From NCBI RefSeq assembly GCF_006345805.1, contig NW_021829922.1:1-34992 (forward strand): a stretch of 34,992 nucleotides of DNA, given 5' to 3'. The position numbers and the translations under genes are program-made. The notes beneath the pieces were generated by a model. That model saw nothing but the letters and a program-made list of their open reading frames with translations. It was not told where the DNA came from and did not search any database. This document shows, one piece after another, positions 1-11,621 of this stretch. Source of the stretch: Octopus sinensis. Taxonomy: Eukaryota. Each line of letters opens with the position of its first letter. The first letter of the stretch is position 1.

Positions 1-81
1 AAACCTGAGATTCATGTGATCGACTTAAACCAAGTGTAATCATGAACATGTATATATGTGTGTGCGTATATGTATGTATTA

Positions 82-407
82 GTGAAGGAGTGTGGCTTAG
101 TCGTTAGGGCACCCGGCTCATGATTGTAAGGTCATGAGTTCGATTCCCGGTGACGTGTTGTGTCCTTGAGCAAGACACTTTATTTCACATTGCTCCAGTC
201 CACTCAGCTGGCAAAAATGAGTTGTGCCTGTATTGCAAAGGGCCCGCCTTGTCACACTTTATGTCACACTGAATCTCCTTGAGAACTATGTTAGGGGTAC
301 GCGTGTCTGCGGATTGCTCAGTCACTTGCACGTTAATTTCATGAGCAGGCTGTTCCGTTGATCGTATCAGCTGGGACCCTCGTCGTCGTAACCGACGGAT
401 TGCTCCT
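82..407 (+). mobile_element. tRNA-derived SINE with CORE-like domain (family A, tail 1)
   Basis: A box TGGCTTAGTCGTTAG and B box GAGTTCGATTCCC, followed by TGTGTCCTTGAGCAAGACACTT...CTCAGCTGGCAAAAATGAG, which resembles the MIR/CORE domain. A full-length homologue lies at 25395-25720(-) and a 3' fragment at 18581-18787. Confidence 0.9.
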
Positions 408-1124
408 ATATATATGTATCAGAACTGTGTGGGGGAGTCTTATATTAATTCAAAAAAATTCGATAAAGAGAAAAAATATGGGGTTACTCCAAAATTGATA
501 TTAATGGTAAGAACTGCTTGTATGTTAAAGCAATTTTGCGCTCATGGGGCTAGGAAAGAAAATTTCCTTTTTACAGTTTAGGTAGGTGATCAGGTGGACA
601 AAGTTCTTTAGTAATGATCCTTTTCTCAGGCAAGAAGAAGCCTGCACCTCCTATTAGTGTTAAAGTAAGATTTACGCTTTTCCAGTATCACCCACTTGAT
701 GTCGCAATGTAAAGCGTTTTACTTGCAATGTCCATATATATCTTGCAAGACATGTGAAATTTCGTCAATCTTGGATATTAAACGAGTACTAGTGGTTTTT
801 GAATCTGGTTCTGATGGGACCTTTTGTCCCGCTCACATATTTCTGCACATCCGTCGCTCCATTTGGACAACTATTTATGTATTGTCACGGCCGTTGTGTG
901 GACATGTGGTATTACTTGTGGATGAGCAGCCTGCTTCTGATTCACGTTTGAGCCTATTTACTAATATTTTCTTTATACTACATATATAAGTGTGTCAAAG
1001 TGTGTCTATTAACTTTCATGGACTAAGCTAAGGAAGATCCTGCTTACATAATTTTTGTATGTTCAGATACGCCTTTGGTGTATCTGAGTTATTTCACTTA
1101 TCTTATTTCTATCATTCTGTTGTT

Positions 1125-1320
1125 GCTTAACTCATATAGACTAGACATAAAATCAAAATGGTTCCAGATGACCTCATGATAATTACTCAAACTTGGTATG
1201 TCGAGGACTAAATTATCTAATGTGTACTAAGTGTTGTAAGATACTAGAGTGCGATAACAAGGAAATCTTACTGCCATTTTTAGCAAAATGAATGACTACA
1301 TAGATGTACCCTTTCTAGTG
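1125..1320 (+). repeat. Old unclassified dispersed repeat (family E), degenerate copy
   Basis: Shares motifs ATCAAA..TTCCAG..ATGACC, AGGACTA.ATTATC.AATGTGT and GATTTG..TGCTATTTCTAGCA with copies near 1785-1872, 11040-11175, 20455-20675, 24850-24975 and 26790-26990(-). Confidence 0.55.
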
Positions 1321-1564
1321 TGGTTCTAGATAAGGTCAGCCAGATGGACTTGGGTAGATCGAGCTAGTTGCTATTCATGTGCCTTTATTATTATTGATAA
1401 ACTTGGATGAAAAGGCAAGTTGTCTATTCCCAGATCGTCCTTTGGTTCGCGTGTCTCAGAACCCAATGCACTAATGAATCGAGTATGTTGTGAACATGTT
1501 GCCAGCGTGAAGAATGAGCTATTCTAGAGTGACGAAGAAAGCTATTTGCGTTCGAGCCTACTAT

Positions 1565-1757
1565 AGGCACAAGACCTGAAATTTGGGGTGAAGAGACTAG
1601 TCGATTACATCGAGCCCAGTGTTTCATCTTTTCGATCTCGAAAGGATGAAAGGCAAAGTCGGCCTCGGCGGGATTTGCACTCAGAACGTAGTGACGGGCG
1701 AAATACTGCTAAGTATTTCGTCCAGCGTGGTAACGATTCTGCCAGCTCGCCGTCTTA
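1565..1757 (-). mobile_element. Nin/Deu-domain SINE (family B)
   Basis: Minus strand reads GGCGAGCTGGCAGAATCGTTACCACGC...GTTCTGAGTGCAAATCCCGCCGAGGCCGACTTTGCCTTTCATCCTTTCGAGATCGA. This matches the Nin-domain motif and many other copies in the window. Confidence 0.85.
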
Positions 1758-2290
1758 CAGAATATATTAATAATAAATATACATGCCATTATCCAGTGTA
1801 CCTTTCGATTTTAAAATCAGCTGGTTTGCGAATAAAATGAGATTTGGTTGCTATTTCTAGAAGCTTGAGCGCTCCTTGAATCCGTGTGTGTGTGTGTGTG
1901 AGTGCAAATGTTATACAAACGTGTGACCGGGTTTGGGTGGCTAAAGACGTTGATCGTCGCGAATGGATATCATAAAGACAAACGGGCAACCTTGACAAAT
2001 ATATTTGAATATAAGCAAAAGGCCAAACAGGAGACTGATGCCGTGGAAGATAGCTAAAAATAGAACTTATAAGCAGAGACGCGTTCACACCTCACACATA
2101 CACGGAGACAGTCATGCATATGCACGCAACCACATACACACACACGTACATACAAACACGTACATAAACACATATGTGCATGTGTGTGTTCCTGTGTGTG
2201 CGTGTTTTCTACATGTGTACGTCTACCAGCTGACTAGTTTCCTCGAATTTTAATATGACTTTCGGATGCAATGTAGTAGAATAAGATAAG

Positions 2291-2295
2291 CGCGC

Positions 2296-2351
<56 letters not shown>

Positions 2352-2370
2352 GTGAGTGAGTGAGTGAGCG
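2291..2370. repeat. Compound microsatellite (TG)n(AG)n(GTGA)n
   Basis: Directly visible. Confidence 0.95.
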
Positions 2371-2832
2371 AGTTGATTTTATATCAAATAACTCATTAAC
2401 ACCTCCACTCCCTCTTCTCCACTTCCTCCTCTTTTCCTCATGTACTTCCTCTACATCATCATCATTATCATTCCATTTGTCGTCACGTTTTCAACAAGGC
2501 CATCAAGTGGTACCTGGTGTATATGCCTCTAGGTCTTTAACCAGTAGCTTAATTATTTTTCTTCCGACGAGAAGCAGCTAGTTTCGTTTTTAGATATAAG
2601 AAAATGCTTAAATTTACATAGCATTCTGTATATCATATTTAACTCAAATATACTGTTGAAAGCCTGGAACCTGCAGCAGACAAAAAGTGTCTAGCATTGC
2701 TGGCGGAATTGCTAAATGCATGTCTCTGCTTTGTTGAGTGTCATCAGTACCAAGCTTGTACCAGCATCCTGTGTCAAAAGGTAGGGTATGGTACTTCCTG
2801 TTCAACACATATCGTATTCAGTTATTTCCCTT

Positions 2833-3125
2833 TAAGTTCTGTGTTCAAAACCAGAGGTGATCAAATTTATCTTTCGTCGTTTGCGGGTTCGATAAAATAA
2901 GTAGCAGTGAAGTATAACGTTTGATAGTTTTGTTTTATATTTCCAGTCACATCTAAGATACATTAGAAGACTATAAATTGACATAGTATTGGTCATGAGT
3001 TTTTTTCTTTCTATGGCAGAAGGATGACCGATAAGGTTGACTTTAGCTTGATTTGAGTTCAGATCGTGATAAAACCGTATGTAAATACCGCAACAAATTT
3101 TGTCGGACGTGCAAGAATTCTGTTT
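2833..3125. mobile_element. Two highly degenerate family B SINE fragments (about 2833-2925 on +, 3020-3125 on -)
   Basis: GTTCTGTGTTCAAA...TCGATAAAATAAGTAGCAGT on plus; GAAGGATGA...AAGGTTGAC...ATTTGAGTTCAGA is the reverse orientation. Confidence 0.55.
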
Positions 3126-3202
3126 TATGTTCTCGACTGTACTAAGCAAAATTGTAACCTTATAGCAATAATAGTGAACAGTATTTTCTTAGTTAAGTTG
3201 CA

Positions 3203-3244
<42 letters not shown>

Positions 3245-3721
3245 CCAGTTGGATGGTGGTTGGTGGAAAATGAGCAATCATTTATTTTCCAAACTCATAC
3301 AATAGCACTTCGACACCAAAAATGTAAAAGTGAATTATTCTTGTATTGACAGTATTGCTTCTCAGATTTCACACCGCAGTCAGAGACACACATTTAGCCA
3401 GTCTACACTCCAGTATCCACCATACGATTACAGAACCACACTAAATTGCCAACCTATAGAACTTTGTTTCTTTAAGGCGGTGGTATATGGAGCAACCAAC
3501 CACCCATAAGTGACATCGATAAGAATTATAGGTAACTCATCGTGGAAAATCTTTGTATGTATATGATTTCATTCATGTGCGTTAACTATTAGCATTAGAG
3601 CATTTTAGCTCGTATTTCTAGCAATGTAGGTGTTTTCTAACACCCTACTCAGATTTTGTGACAATTGTAATTCTCCTTTTTAGCAAAATATTGCATTGCA
3701 ACCTGCTGTTTACATTAGTTT

Positions 3722-3725
3722 TATA

Positions 3726-3811
<86 letters not shown>

Positions 3812-3816
3812 TATAT

Positions 3817-3854
<38 letters not shown>

Positions 3855-3905
3855 TATATATAATTATATTACTATATACATATATATAGTAATATAATTA
3901 TATAT
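3722..3905. repeat. (TA)n microsatellite
   Basis: Directly visible; it explains ORF 3658-3897. Confidence 0.95.
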
Positions 3906-4438
3906 GTTCATGTAAATATAAATGTGCATGAATATACATACTCTCACACCCACACACATACACACATAAACTTGATAATCTGAAATTTAATGCATGTATA
4001 TCTAGAAATTTTGCTTCATAAGACGCGATGCAGAACGTTATCAAATATACTATAACGTCTATATGGGCAGAAAAGTTATAGTGAATTCTGTGATTAGTTT
4101 CATCAGCTGAGACCTGGTTTCTGTTGGATATAAATAAATATAAGCTATCAATTTCTCCTTTCGGTAGAAAATGAAAATATCTCTTCCGATGTATCTTCAA
4201 ACAGAGATAAATGTAGTTTGAACAAACCATCCAAATTTCCCCACAGAGATATAAACATGTACTTATACATCGTAGCCATACTAATAATTAATAATTGTTG
4301 GTACTTAAACATTAAATTTTATATTGATCAATATACACTGAGTTGTACATTACTCACGCATATATACTTACACACACACATAGATAGACACACAAAAACA
4401 CGCACGCACACACACACAGACGCACACACACACAGATA

Positions 4439-5323
4439 CAGGGTGCGGTGAATAAACTATTGTCTAAATTATTCAACAATGAAAATAACACTGACATCTC
4501 ATTAATTGGTATATTTACCAAAATTATATAAAAATATCTTGAAATACTAAAGACTAAATTTATTCAATAAAATCGCCATTGGTTTCATTCAACCACAGCC
4601 TCCAGACGACTTTAGAATCTTCTGCGAGTCTTCTGGACAGTCTCCTTGTTTAAGTTGGTGAACGCTACCATAATCATTGCCTTCAGCTCAATTTTAGTGT
4701 TACAAGGAGTTTTGTTGGTCTCTCGTCCAACTGAATCCCACACATAATAATAAAGGGGTTGCAGCCTGGGGAGTTAGGTGGCCAGATGTAAGGGGTAATG
4801 TGGTCGCAGAAATTATCTGACAGCTATGATTGGGTTCTCCTGCTTGTGTGGCATGGTGCAGAGTCCTGTTGTCAGATATAGCGTCTCCCAGCAGCCACCC
4901 TCTTGACCCAGAGTAACACCACCTCCTCCAGGCACTTGATGTAGACCTTTGTGTTGAGTGTGTGGCCGTGTGGGAAGATGAATGGAGGCATAACGTCGCT
5001 ATTACTAGTAATCACTACAAACGTCATGATGTTAACTGGATGTTTGATTTTTATCATTCTCGGTAGATGTCCTCAGATTGCACTGTCCTGAAATTGACAC
5101 CCAAAACGCTCTGAAATGTTCGTATTGGAACTTCAGGTGCAAATGCCAAGCAGTACAGCATGTCATTTCCAGATTTCTGGTAGAGGCAATTGCATCATGG
5201 TGCTCTTTGTCTCACAGACGGTGCGCAACTGACCCTACCATACTGTGTAGTCGACAACATCACAAACAAGCAACGCGCATGCGCCACATCAAAATATGGT
5301 GACAATTTACCCATTGCACTCTG
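4439..5323 (-). mobile_element. Internally deleted Tc1/mariner-superfamily DNA transposon, maT (DD37D) type
   Basis: TA at 4437-4438 and 5324-5325. Imperfect TIRs are CAGGGTGCGGTGAATAAA and CAGAGTGCAATGGGTAAA (reverse complement). Transposase relic on the minus strand. Confidence 0.85.
4590..5057 (-). pseudogene. Decayed DD37D transposase C-terminal fragment
   Basis: Translates KHPVNIMTFVVITSNSDVMPPFIFPHGHTLNTKVYIKCLEEVVLLWVKRVAAGRRYI*QQDSAPCHTSRRTQS*LSDNFCDHITPYIWPPNSPGCNP, then frameshifts to YYVWDSV. There are 37 residues between QQD and the expected third Asp. Two stops and a frameshift. Confidence 0.85.
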
Positions 5324-6364
5324 TATGTGTGTGTGTGTGTGTGTGTGTATATATCACACTTCCTTTTGTTTATACCATACTTTTTTATGTATACACATAA
5401 GTATATATATATAGGTATGTTTGCATCTTAAAAGAAAAATATAGCTAGTATTTAAAGTTTTTCAAATTTTGTCTCCCCTGCATTGATTACAAACATATAC
5501 CATATGTCTTTTAGATGTCCTCCTTAGGAAAAACATAATATAAAACATAAATATATCGAGGAAATAATAATTTAATTTTTAAAAAAACTTTTCCTCAATA
5601 CATAATATTGATCAATTCCACATTATTATATTTTATGGCAATCACGTAAGTGGTTCCCTTTTAATACATCTTTACTCAAGTTTGTACATATTTCATAAGG
5701 TTCATCTTTTTAAAATTTATCTAGATGTTTTTAGATAACGAAAGCAACATATAATAACTATATTGACTATGGATTATTGACTTTTACGTAGTACTTAAAA
5801 AAATAACTATATAATCTATTAATCAATCTCACATGCTAGTACTAGCTTCGTATTTACTTATAAACAGTAGAAATGACAGATGACGGTTAACAAATTTTTA
5901 AATATGAATTTCAAATAACATATAGTTCCTTATTTGGTATTTCTGAACGTGAATACACATAGATCTTGACCAATGTTTTCTATAGTGAGTTTTTAAAATA
6001 GATATGTATTTGATTTAGTAGCATGGAAGTCAGAAATTTAAATATTAGATATGTAACCAGCCAAGTCCTTTAAAGTTTTTAGTTTCCATTCAAATAATTT
6101 TGAGTGGAAGAATGAATATATAAATACCTGAAAAAAATGTATATTTTAAACGTATTTTTGTTTATTCTTGAATCTCACCTACTGAAGTGTATAAATTCGA
6201 CCTTTATGATGTTCTCTTCATCGAAATATTCGTCCTTTTGTCCGAAACAATTGTCTGGGAATATGAAATACAAACTTAATCCATTTGAACATCCAATCTG
6301 CTTCAATTAATTTATTTGATGGAATTTATGAAAGAAAGTTTAATAAATTAAGTCTGATATTGAT

Positions 6365-6415
<51 letters not shown>

Positions 6416-6420
<5 letters not shown>

Positions 6421-6635
6421 AATTGTGATAGTATAAGGCACCGATGTTTGCTGGAAACAGCAGTCGATAACGATACGACGCTGCGGGCAGCGAATATAGA
6501 AGAATTTTCGTCTTACCTCTAGGCAGAACATCGTAAAAATGGACAACCCAGAATTAATACTGCAGGATCCAAGTTTTGGACTTTCCACAATACGGTTGTT
6601 ATCGTGAATTTGATTAGTCTTCATCTGCTAGATTC
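6416..6635 (-). mobile_element. (TA)n-abutting Penelope-like terminal-repeat fragment with decayed hammerhead
   Basis: Homologous to 28800-28955 (GCGGGCAGCGAAT...TTTCGT.TTACCTCTAGG.AGAACA...AAAATGGAC). Minus strand 6562-6632 reads TCTAG-CAGATGA-AGACT...AGTCC-AAAAC-TTGG-ATC. Confidence 0.6.
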
Positions 6636-7516
6636 AAATGAGAAACGAAAACATAAAAACAAAACCATAGAAACGAACTTTTTTCGAACAACGAAAAAAA
6701 ACAAACAAACAAAGAAACAGAGAAACGAGACATGTAACATAAAGACAATATTCCCCTTCTTCAGTTGTCCCTGTTTCATATACCCCGCGTTAGGAAGGCA
6801 AGGACAACGTGACTTCGTTGAAACAGTCCTTTCCGCAAAGCAAATGAAATAAAATTTGAGATCTTTTGCGGAGGGTGAAAGTGGTGGCAAGAACAGGACA
6901 GTGAGAACAAAACAATAAAAAATAAACGGTGAGGGCTATTAAGTCAAGACGATAGAAAAATTATTATGAACGCTAGGAAGACGAGCTTATGAGAGGAGAC
7001 AGTATAAGCACGTGTTGTCTTTAGGAAGGTAATGGGCAGAAAGATAGATTCTCTTTCGTCACGTGTCAGCGACGAGAGAGCCGAGGAGGAGGAGGAGGAG
7101 GAGGAGTGAGAGAGAGGGAACGGTGAAGAGGAGAAGAATAGGGAAGGGTGGGAGAGAAAACCAGAAAGGATGAAGAACAAGAGAGGGAGAGAGATGGACA
7201 GAGAAGAGATAGTAAAGATAGAAGAGTGCGCATCATAATTATTAAGATAAAACTTACTTGGAAAAGGATGCGTGGCGTTCGATCATATAATAATATAAAT
7301 AATATATAAATATATGCATATATACATACATATATGTACTACGCGGAGTAGATGAAACAGGGACAACTGAAGAGGGAATATTCTTTATGTAACATGTCTC
7401 GCTTCTCTGTTTTTTTCGTTGTTTGAAAAAAAGTTCAGTTCTATGTTTTTTTTTTATGCTTTCGTTTCTCATTGTGTGTGTTCAACGTTTTTTTGATGTC
7501 CTGTACCCATATATGC

Positions 7517-7520
<4 letters not shown>
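6636..7520. mobile_element. Repeat element with ~150-bp inverted duplication (6636-6790 vs 7340-7473), probably Penelope-like pLTR-derived
   Basis: ATGAGAAACGAAA.CATAAAAA...CTTCAGTTGTCCCTGTTTCAT.TAC.CCGCGT has its reverse complement at 7340-7473. The element ends on (TA)n, and a diverged relative lies at 21890-22428. Confidence 0.6.
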
Positions 7521-7615
<95 letters not shown>

Positions 7616-7618
7616 AGG

Positions 7619-7765
7619 TACGTTCTGAGTTCGAATTGCACCAAGGTCAATTTTGTCTTTCATCCTTTCGGATAAAATAAGTACCAGTTGGACACTGGGG
7701 TCGATGTAATCGACTTACCCACTCCCTCGAAACTACTGGCCTTGTGCCAAAATTTGAAACCGATT
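7619..7765 (+). mobile_element. Family B SINE, 5'-truncated
   Basis: TACGTTCTGAGTTCGAATT...TTTCATCCTTTCGGATAAAATAAGTACCAGTT...GGCCTTGTGCCAAAATTTGAAACC. Confidence 0.85.
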
Positions 7766-8433
7766 ATACACTCTGTTTTTTTAACTAAGCTCAGCAAATC
7801 ATATATATATAATATATATATATGCATATATACATATATGTACATTCAGACGAAATCCTGCTAAGCATTTTGCCCGGCGTACTAACGATTCTACAAGTTC
7901 GCTGGTGTGTATAATTCGTAACTCAATGCTTGTCGTTGCCGATCATCCACTTGATTTTAGTAGAAAAGCAGCATGTTTATACATAAGTAAAATCAAAGTT
8001 ACAATTGAGGAAGCTAAGCTGCTGCTTTAAAAGTATCGTGCTTTGTATTGTATTTTAAACGTATTATAGTTCCTTAAGATGCTCAAATTTTGTTGAAAAA
8101 ATTTTCATATTGTTCGACTGCTAACACATACAAGGATTTATTGCCAACACATAAAAGGATTTGTACAAACTAGCACTGCACTGCATCAATAAAAAAAACA
8201 ACAACAAACAAACTATTATTAAAGTTCGCAAATTAGAAAATATTTTTGCACCCGAAGAAAGACTTCATACGGAACGTCATTATTCATAACTCCCAATTAT
8301 AAAGTTTATAAAGTGTTGCAGTATGGCGTGTTCTCCAAGAGGCGAACCATTCGAGCGTGATATTTGAGTGGAACTTTAATGAAACGAGAATTCAACTGAC
8401 TCATAACAGAATGATGTGGTGAACTGGAAGAGT

Positions 8434-8442
8434 ACACACACA

Positions 8443-8483
<41 letters not shown>

Positions 8484-8500
8484 ACACACACACACACACA

Positions 8501-8583
<83 letters not shown>

Positions 8584-8590
8584 AACACAG
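8434..8590. repeat. (CA)n microsatellite
   Basis: Directly visible; it explains the ORFs at 8306-8677. Confidence 0.95.
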
Positions 8591-9332
8591 AGAATAAAGA
8601 ATTTCGTTGAAGTGATTTTTCCCACGTGATGAGTTGTAGTGGGAAAATATATAACAAAAGAAGGAAAATGCACACAAGTTATATATTTTGGTATATTTTA
8701 TAAGATAGAATATTATGATGGTCTAATGGTCTCGCGCTTTGCTAATCATGACTGGGAATTTGGTGAAAATATTGCAATTTCGTAGTATATTAAGGACATT
8801 TTTTTCCATGTTGTTTGTATGAAAGTATGTTTGTAAATGAACCTGCACATAGAAAATCCTAAGGGGAGGCAATTGATGATTGTTATTATTCGAGACAGGG
8901 TAGGTATTTGCGCAGTTTTATGTGGTACACTTTTTTGGGAGGGTAAATTTACAGTGTTTATATTACGAAGTTATAAATTCATGAATTAAAATAGAGGACT
9001 AAGATATGTACAGAGTTGGTATTGTGTTCATGAATTAAAATATTTATAAAATTCAAAATTGGTTATGCGTTCATATTCAGGCTCAGTTTGTAGTTTTCAA
9101 TAAATAGATTCTCTTTATTTAATCGGTCTCGTATAGAGATTGTTTATTTGCACAGGTAGATGGGAAAACTGTGAAGTTTGGTTGAAGATTACCCGTACAT
9201 TTCCCTATGTGTTCGTTTAATGGTATCATCCTGTACCTTGGAAATGAATCTGTTCCTTATGCAGTGTAGTTCTCCGTTTAAGTCACATCATTGGTTGGCC
9301 TATATAGTTTTGTCCCATACTGAACAAGTTAT

Positions 9333-9369
<37 letters not shown>

Positions 9370-9415
9370 AAACAAGTCAAAAATAGAAAATGATAAAATA
9401 ATTTTATAGTGAATC

Positions 9416-9459
9416 TTTCAGTACCGGTTTCGGTCATTTTGAGACCTTTTCAACTGTAA
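9416..9459 (-). ncRNA. Minimal type I hammerhead ribozyme, U3:A8 core variant
   Basis: CAG-UUGAAAA-GGUC-ucaaaau-GACC-GAAA-C-cg-GUA-CUG, with palindromic stem III ACCGGU, near the 3' end of the Penelope element. Confidence 0.75.
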
Positions 9460-10108
9460 CGATTAAATAATTAAATTTAGAAAAATTAGAAGAAAAGTTT
9501 TTTTGAAGGAATATTTCTATAGTAGTGTTCAGATATAGGTGGCATTCTGCCTTTCTCTGACTCCCTTGTTTGCACTTGTGTGTTGGAGGTCGTTGTGAGT
9601 TCTTGGTAGGGTAGGAGAAGAAGATGAGGAGAGGGGGTGGGAAAATCTGGGAGTGCCCTGATGGTCGTATTTTGAATGGTCAGTGTCGGCCAGCAGTCGC
9701 AGTTCAATTCAGGAGAATATTTCTATTGAAAGGCTTGTTTATGGAAGTTGCGTAGGCGTTATACTAAAAAACATTAGTGACAAGGTTAAGGGGTAGAAGG
9801 TGGAGAAGTAGAAGAAGAAGAAGAGAAGAAGAAGAAGATGACGATGTTGATGATGATGATGATGATGAAGAAGAAGAAGAAGGAGAAGAAGAAGATGATG
9901 ATGATGATGATGATGGTGGTGATGATGATGACGACGATGATGATGATAATGATGATGATGAAGAAGAAGAGGAAGAAGAAGAAAAAACAGAGAAGGGAGA
10001 ATATGAATGGGTGAAAGTATAGCTGTGATGGGGCTGATTAGTAATGGATTCTATGGAATGTAATATTTGTGTGTGTATATATTTCTTTTATTCTAAAGTT
10101 GAGGTATA

Positions 10109-10770
10109 TTAATTGTTTGTCGTAGACCCGTTAAGAAGTGGCCAGTATTTTGTAATAAAGAGATTTTCTTTACTTATTCGTTGTCTCGAGGTTGTATCGT
10201 CCCTAAATTGGTAGAGGGGGAAAATCCTGAAGCTTGGTGTTTTTTTGTTGGCGCAAGTATCTATGTGTTGGCTAAAAGCTATTTTTCTGTTTTGGGGAAT
10301 TTTTATCTGGGATCTGTGCAGGGCCATTCGTTTCCGCAAACTATTTTTTGTTTGGCCTATGTACTGCTCTTGACACCCGGAGCAGGTTCGTGAGTATATT
10401 AGGTTCTCCGAAGCACATGTGAAGTTGCTTTTCACTGTAAACCGTTGTCCCTGTTTGAAGGAGAACTCTGATCCCTCAATTAGATAGTCGCATATCCCGC
10501 AATTGGGTCTTCCACATTTTTTTACTGTCGGCTTCTGTGTCGAAGAGTGAATTCGGGCTTGTGTTAGGAGACTTTTCATGGATCTAGGCTGTCTTTTGCT
10601 TTTTATGATCGTGTGTGTTTGGAGGATTGTGTTCATTCTGTGGTCTTTTTTTAGGAGGGGTATCTTGTGGAGGATGGTGCCGAAGGCTTCGTTATTGAGA
10701 GGGTTGTGTGTGGAGATGTATGGTAAGGCTTTTGGTTGTAAGTTTTTCTTTGGTTTGGGATGTCTCAGTT

Positions 10771-10773
<3 letters not shown>
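10109..10773 (-). CDS. Penelope-like element ORF C-terminal fragment: linker, Zn-finger-like motif and GIY-YIG endonuclease (no RT, no true start)
   Basis: LPYISTHNP...SKRQPRSMKSLL linker, CGRPNCGIC (Cx4Cx2C), NLIYSRTCSGCQEQYIGQTKNSLRKRMALHRSQI, FSQH and terminal E...LN*. About 220 codons without a stop. Confidence 0.88.
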
Positions 10774-10806
<33 letters not shown>

Positions 10807-11190
10807 TAGAAACGTAAAACACCGTTTCTTCCCTGAGCGTATTTTAATATTTTGCATGTACCATGTCCTAGCATTGTTGCTTTTTCTTGTGTTTTTTCTT
10901 CGTTTTTTTTTACGTGATATCGTAAATAGGTAGGGATATAGTTTACAATATATTATTGAGAAGAGATATTCAAGATTTTCTCAAAATTAACAATTTAAAG
11001 GAAAACAAACCTAAAAATTGAGCACAATCGGTATCATTGTTTTGCTCCAGGTTATTCCTGATCACCGACATAATCAAGCAGAGACACCTGTTCTTTTCTA
11101 TATTTAGGACACATTCTTCAACGAGCTTTGTTTTAATAAGGCAAGGTGTGATTTTCGTAATATTTGATTAGTTATTTATTATTTTTTAAG

Positions 11191-11410
11191 TCTTGTATCT
11201 TATATCTGTTTCAGTCGTAGTACTGCAGCCATACTGGGACATTGTCTTGAGAGGTTTTTAGTCCAACGAATCGACCCTACCACTTGAATAATATGTCCGG
11301 TAATTATTCTATCGGACTGGTTTACCGAACCGCTACGTGGGCGTAAACAAGCTAATACCAGTGGGGGACAAACACAAATGTATCTACCCACACGCACACA
11401 CACACGCACA

Positions 11411-11444
<34 letters not shown>

Positions 11445-11621
11445 GAGGCATACACACATACGATAGACCTCTTTCATGTTTTTGTCCATTAAATCCTCTC
11501 ACATGGCTTTGGTTGAACGAGGCTATAGAGGACATTCGCCCAAGATGCCTTGCTTCGAGATTGAAAACGGAGGTATGTGGGTGGAAAGCAAGCTTCTTAC
11601 CAAACAGCTATGTATGAGCCT
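11191..11621 (-). mobile_element. tRNA-derived SINE with internal (TG)n microsatellite (family C), diverged
   Basis: Reverse complement aligns by eye with 14925-15414 across head, CTTGGGC domain, microsatellite and the GCATGGC.GCAGT...GACTGAAACA tail. Confidence 0.8.

Larger units (their letters stand above)
9366..10773 (-). mobile_element. 5'-truncated Penelope-like retroelement (Neptune-type) inserted in (TA)n
   Basis: (TA)n on both sides (9335-9365 and 10774-10805). It carries a GIY-YIG ORF, a 3' region with a (GAA/GAT)n tract, and a terminal hammerhead motif. Confidence 0.9.

Noticed and set aside
82-155. tRNA genes at SINE heads (also 25650-25720, 28434-28505 and 34520-34586)
   Set aside because: A and B boxes are present, but the acceptor stems are imperfect and each continues into a SINE body.
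4095-4125. Minus-strand GAAAC-CAG-GTC-TCAG-CTGATGA
   Set aside because: There is no room for stem I and no stem II complementarity.
6740-6830. Hammerhead in the 6636-7520 and 21890-22428 family (CTGAAGA and GAAA..GTA boxes)
   Set aside because: The boxes could not be joined into a consistent three-stem fold in any copy here.
9777-10022. Acidic D/E-rich ORF
   Set aside because: It is a translation of a (GAA)/(GAT) tract in the Penelope 3' region, antisense to the element.
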